In this document: positions 59,566-64,000 of the stretch, in pieces
Position numbering within the stretch: position 1 is the stretch's first letter
Layout of the letters: every line of letters begins with the position of its first letter
Program-made: the position numbers and the translations under genes
The notes under the pieces: model-generated
Seen by the model: the letters and a program-made list of their open reading frames with translations, nothing else
Told to the model about the DNA's origin: nothing
Database searches by the model: none
NCBI GenBank assembly: GCA_030390025.1
Contig: CM059432.1
Coordinates: 33,730,001-33,794,000, forward strand
Source of the DNA: Squalus acanthias
Taxonomy: Eukaryota
Direction: 5' to 3'
DNA length: 64,000 bases

Positions 59566-60590
59566 CATAAGAACATAAGAACATAAGAAATAGGAGCAGG
59601 AGTAGGCCATTTGACCTCTCGAGCCTGCTCTGCCATTAAATAAGATCATGGCTGATCTTCTACCTCATCTCCACTTTCTTGAACTATCCCCATATCCCTT
59701 GATTCCCTTAATATTCAAAAATCTATCAATCTCTGTCTTGAATATACTCAATGACTGAGCCTCCACAGCCCTTTGGGGAAGTGAATTCGAAAGATTCACC
59801 ACCCTCTGAGTGAAGAAATTTCTCTTCATCTCAGTCCTAAATGGCCGACCCCTTATTCTGAGACTGTGACCCCTGGTTCTAGACTCCCCAGCCAGGGGAA
59901 ACATCCTCCCTGCATCTACCCTGTCAAGCCCTGTTAGAATTGTTGTATGTTTCAATGAGATCACCTCTCATTCTTTTAAACTCTAGAGAATATAGGCCTA
60001 TTCTACTCAATCTGTCCTCAGAGGACAATCCCCCCATCCCAGGAATCAGTCTGGTGAATCTTCGTTGCACTCCCTCTATGGCAAGTCTATCCTTCCTTAG
60101 GTAAGGAGACCAAAACTGTACACAATACTCCAGGTGTGGTCTCACCAGGGTCCTATATAATTGCAGTAAGACGTCCTTACTCTTATACTCAAATCCTCTT
60201 GTAATAAATGCCAACATACCATTTGCTTTCCTAATTGCTTGCTGTACCTGCATATTAACTTTCAATGATTCGTGTACAAGGACACCCAGGTCCCTCTGAA
60301 CACCAACATTTCCCAATCTCTCACCATTTAAAAAATACTCTGCTTTTCTATTTTTCCTACCAAAGTGGATAACTTCACATTTCTCCACATTATATTCCAT
60401 TTGCCATGTTCTTGCCCACTCACTTAGCCTGTCTATGTCCTCTTTGCATCCTCCTCACAACTTACATTCCCACTTGGATATATTACATTTGGTCCCCTCA
60501 TCCAAATCATTGCTGTAGATTGTGAATAGCTGAGGCCCAAACACTGATCCTTGCAGTACCCCACTAGTTACAACCTGCCAACCCGTAAAT
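59566..60590 (-). mobile_element. CR1 3' portion inserted in gag
   Basis: ORFs 59924-60400 and 59665-59964; (CATAAGAA)n tail. Confidence 0.9.
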
Positions 60591-60607
60591 GACCTCATCC
60601 AGGCCAT

Positions 60608-60828
60608 TTTTCTCTCTCTCTCTCTCTGTCTCTCTCTCCCCCTTCGATTCCCTCTCTCTCTCTATCTCTCTTTCCCCCTCCGATTCCCCCCTCTCTCTCT
60701 GTCTCTCCCTTCGCTTCTCTCTCTATATATGTATCTCTCTCTCCCCCCCCTCCAATTCTCTCTCTCTCTGTCTCTCTCTCTCCCCCTCTGATTCCCTCTC
60801 TCTGTCTCTCACTCCCCCTCCGATTCCG
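60608..60828. repeat. CT-rich simple repeat with CC(C/T)TCCGATTCC-like units
   Basis: Directly visible in the sequence. Confidence 0.85.
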
Positions 60829-60909
60829 ATGGAGAGAGTTCCCGATTTCCACTACTTTTTGTGTGAAGAAGTGCTTCCTGACATCAACCTAGAATGGCCT
60901 CGCCCTAAC

Positions 60910-61055
60910 GTTAACAATTGTTCAATCATGGGTATCTCTTCTCCTCATCTGTAGTCAATGGGCCTCAAGGCCGCTTGCGCCATGTCTGAAGGGGTTGCAG
61001 AAGTTCCTCATTATTCAATCAGCTTAAAGGTTTGTTTTGCAGAACTCTCGAGGTC
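60910..61055 (-). repeat. Fragment of the putative 5' LTR
   Basis: 146-bp direct repeat of 51821-51966 with 6 mismatches counted by eye. Confidence 0.85.
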
Positions 61056-61059
61056 AGCA

Positions 61060-62155
61060 GGATTCAGGAAAGAGTAAATTTAAAAGCAGCAAGAGGAATG
61101 TCAAGGCTCTAGAACAGAGTAGAGTTTGGGTAAAAATAAGCAGAGTGGATCAGGAAGGGACAGAGAGAGTAACAAAGGTAATAAGGCATCAGTGACTAAG
61201 GTGATATCAGGGAAAAATAGAAATAAGTCAAAGCTAAAGGCACTATATCTTAATTTGTGAAGCATTCGCAACTAAATAGATGAATTAATAGCGCAGATAG
61301 AAATTAATAGGTTTGATCTAATAGCCATTATAGAGACGTGGTTGCAATTTGGCCAAGGTTGGGAACTAAATATTCCAGGATGTTTAGAAGAGATAGGCAA
61401 AATGGAAAAGGAGGAGGGGTAGCCCTTATAATAAAGGATGGGATAAAGACAGTAGAGAGAAAGGATCTTAGCTCCGAAAATCAAGAAGTAGAATCAGTTT
61501 GGTTGGAGCTAAGAAACAGCAAGGTGCAGAAAACATTGTTGGGAGTTGTTTAGAGGTCCCCAAACAGTAGTTGTAATGTAAGGCAGAATATAAATCAGAA
61601 AAAAAGGGGCGCATGTAACAAGGGTAATACAGTAATCATGGGGGACTTTAATCTGCATATAGACTGGGTAAACTAAATTTGCAGTAATAGTGTGGAGGAC
61701 AAATTCATGGAATGTATGCAAGACAGTTTTCTAGATCAGTATGTTGAAGAACCAACTCGGGAACAAGCTATTTTAGATCTAGTATTGTGCAACAAGAAAG
61801 GGTTAATTAATAACCTTATAGTAAAGGGGCCTTTAGGGAAGAGTGACCATAATATGATAGAATTTAATCTTGAGTTTGAATGTGATTTAGTTAAATCCAA
61901 AACTAGGGTCTTAAATCTAAACAAAGCAAACTATGTAGGTATGAGGGGCGAGTTGGTTAAGGTAGATTGGGAAACTACATTAAAAGGTCTGATGGTAGAC
62001 AAGCAATGGCTAGCATTTAAAGAATTAATACATAATTTACAACAAATATACATTCCTTAAGGCACAAAAACCCCACAGGAAAAGTGGTCCAACCGTGGCT
62101 AACAAGAGAAGTTAAAGATAGTATTAGATCAAAGGAAGAGGCTTATAATGTTGCT
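61060..62155 (+). mobile_element. CR1 5' ORF2 (endonuclease) region, degenerate
   Basis: IETWL, FRRDRQNGKGGGVALII, GDFN, LGKSDHNMI. Confidence 0.85.
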
Positions 62156-62384
62156 AACATCTTCCAGCCTTTCTAAAATTCCCATTTTTTTGCTCCAAGA
62201 GGGAAATGGAGCGCAAAATCAAGCGCTTCACTTCCTTCTTGGAGTGCAAGAGGGGGGGAAGTTCACGACCCGGGGTGCACAGCTCAGCAGCGCCACGCAC
62301 TGGGCTGCGCGGCGCTGACGTGTTGCAGGGGCTCTTCCCTGAATTAAAGGGAAGGGCCCCACGCTGCAAACTCTGCAGTTTTTT

Positions 62385-64000
62385 TTTACTTACCAGTGTG
62401 GTAAATAAGGTTGGTGAGCTGCAGGCGCAAATAGACACATGGGAATATGATGTTGTGGTGATAACAGAGACCTGGCTCAAAAAAGGGCAGGATTGGGTAC
62501 TAAATATTCCTGGATATAAGGTGTTCAGGAAAGATAGGGAAGGAAAGAAAGGAGGTAGGGTGGCAGTATTGATTAAGGAGAATATTACAGTGCTGGAGAG
62601 AGAGGATGTCCTGGAGGGGTCAAGGACAGAATCTATTTGGTTAGAGTTGAGAAACAATAGAGGTGCCATTACACTACTAGGTGTACTCTATAGGCCGCCA
62701 ACTAGTGGGAAGGTTATAGAGGAGCAAATTTGCAGGGAAATTACAGAGAGGTGCAAGAACTATAGTACTGATAATGGGGGACTTCAAATATCCTAATATA
62801 GTCTGGGATAGTAATAGTGTAAAGGGCAGAGAGGGGGAAGAATTTCTGAAGTGTGTTCAGGAGAACTTTCTTGATCAGTATGTTTCCGGCCCAATGAGGA
62901 AGGAGGCATTGCTGAATCTGGTTCTGTGGACTGAGATGGGTTAAGTGGATCAAGTGTCAGTAGGGGAACATACAGGGAACAGTGATCACAGTATCATAAG
63001 GTTTCGATTAGCTATGGAAAAGGACAGGGAGCAATCTAGAGTAAAAATACTTAATTAGAGGAAAGCCAATTTCAATGGGTTGAGAATGGATCTGGCCCAG
63101 GTAAATTGGAATCAAAGATTGGCAGGCAAAACTGTAATCGAACAATGGGCTGCCTTTAAAGAGGAGATGGTTCGGGTACAGTCGGGGTACATCCCCACGA
63201 GTGGGAAAGGTAGGGCAACCAAAGTCAGAGCTCCCTGGATGATGAAAGAGATAGAGAGTAAAATGAAGCAGAAAAAAGGAGTGTATGACAGATGTCAGGT
63301 TGAGAATACAAGTGAGAACCAGGCTGAATATAGGAAGTTCAGAGGGGAAGTGAAAAAGGAAATAAGTGGGGCAAAGAGAGAGTATGAGAATAGATTGGCA
63401 GCTAACATAAAAGGGAATCCAAAAGTCTTCTCTTGGCATATAAATAGTAAATGGTTAGTAAGAGGAGGGGTGGGGCCGATTAGGGACCAAACTGGAGACC
63501 TACACATGGAGGCAGTGGGCATGGCTGAGGTACTAAATGAATACTTTGCATCTGTCTTTACCAAGGAAGAAGATGCTGCCAAAGTCATGGTGAAAGAGGA
63601 GGTAGTTGAAATACTGGATGGGATAAAAATTGATAAAGAGGAAGTATTAGAAAGGCTGGCTGTACTTAAAGTAGGTAAGTCACCAGGACTGAATGGGATG
63701 CATCCTAGGAGGTAATTGCGGAGGTACTGGCCATAATCTTCCAATCCTCCTTGGATACGGGGGTGGTGCCAGAGGACTGGAGAATTGTAAATGTTACACC
63801 CTTATTCAAAAAAGGGTGTAAAGATAAACCCAGCAACTATAGGCCAGTCAGTTTAACCTCGGTAGTGGGGAAGCTTTTAGAAATGATGATCCATCCGGGA
63901 CAAAGTGTGGCTTAATTAAGGGAAGCCCGCACGGATTTGTTAAAGGCAAATCGTGTTTAACTAACTTGATTGAGTTTTTTGATGAGGTAACAGAGAGGGT
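62385..64000 (+). mobile_element. CR1 ORF2 (endonuclease to start of RT), degenerate; runs off the window
   Basis: VVITETWL, LYRPP, APWM, LNEYFASVFT, KSPGLNGMHP, NYRPVSLTS. Confidence 0.9.

Larger units (their letters stand above)
51520..61055 (-). mobile_element. Decayed endogenous retrovirus-like provirus (LTR-gag-pro-pol-env-LTR)
   Basis: Gene order gag, protease, RT, tether, RNase H, integrase, env on the minus strand between two LTR copies; interrupted by CR1, Harbinger MITE and Penelope fragments. Confidence 0.9.

Noticed and set aside
62160..62385. N-terminus of ORF 62206-62796 as a novel domain fused to a CR1 endonuclease
   Set aside because: CpG-rich fragment that looks like a transposon end abutting a CR1; the in-frame join is probably chance

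Overview
Repeat-dense eukaryotic (vertebrate) DNA with no recognisable host gene. The repeat landscape (many CR1 LINEs, Deu-domain SINEs, L2 tails, Penelope-like elements, Harbinger transposons) suggests a cartilaginous fish such as a shark; this host call is an inference. Main contents: (1) a nearly complete Harbinger transposon (4699-8779) with a DDE transposase and a spliced Myb/SANT gene, plus several deleted or non-autonomous relatives. Three of these sit at the same TAT position of CR1 (TATGACTC)n tails. (2) A decayed minus-strand endogenous retrovirus-like provirus (~51500-61055) with LTRs, gag, protease, YVDD-type RT, tether plus RNase H, integrase, and an env whose membrane-proximal part does not look gamma-type. 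It is a candidate lokiretrovirus-like or spuma-like lineage. (3) Penelope-derived repeats carrying three intact minimal hammerhead ribozyme motifs. (4) Many nested CR1 fragments, one with an almost intact ORF2. (5) A non-autonomous transposon containing a run of tandem hairpins. Repeat boundaries were set by eye and are approximate unless TIRs or TSDs are quoted.
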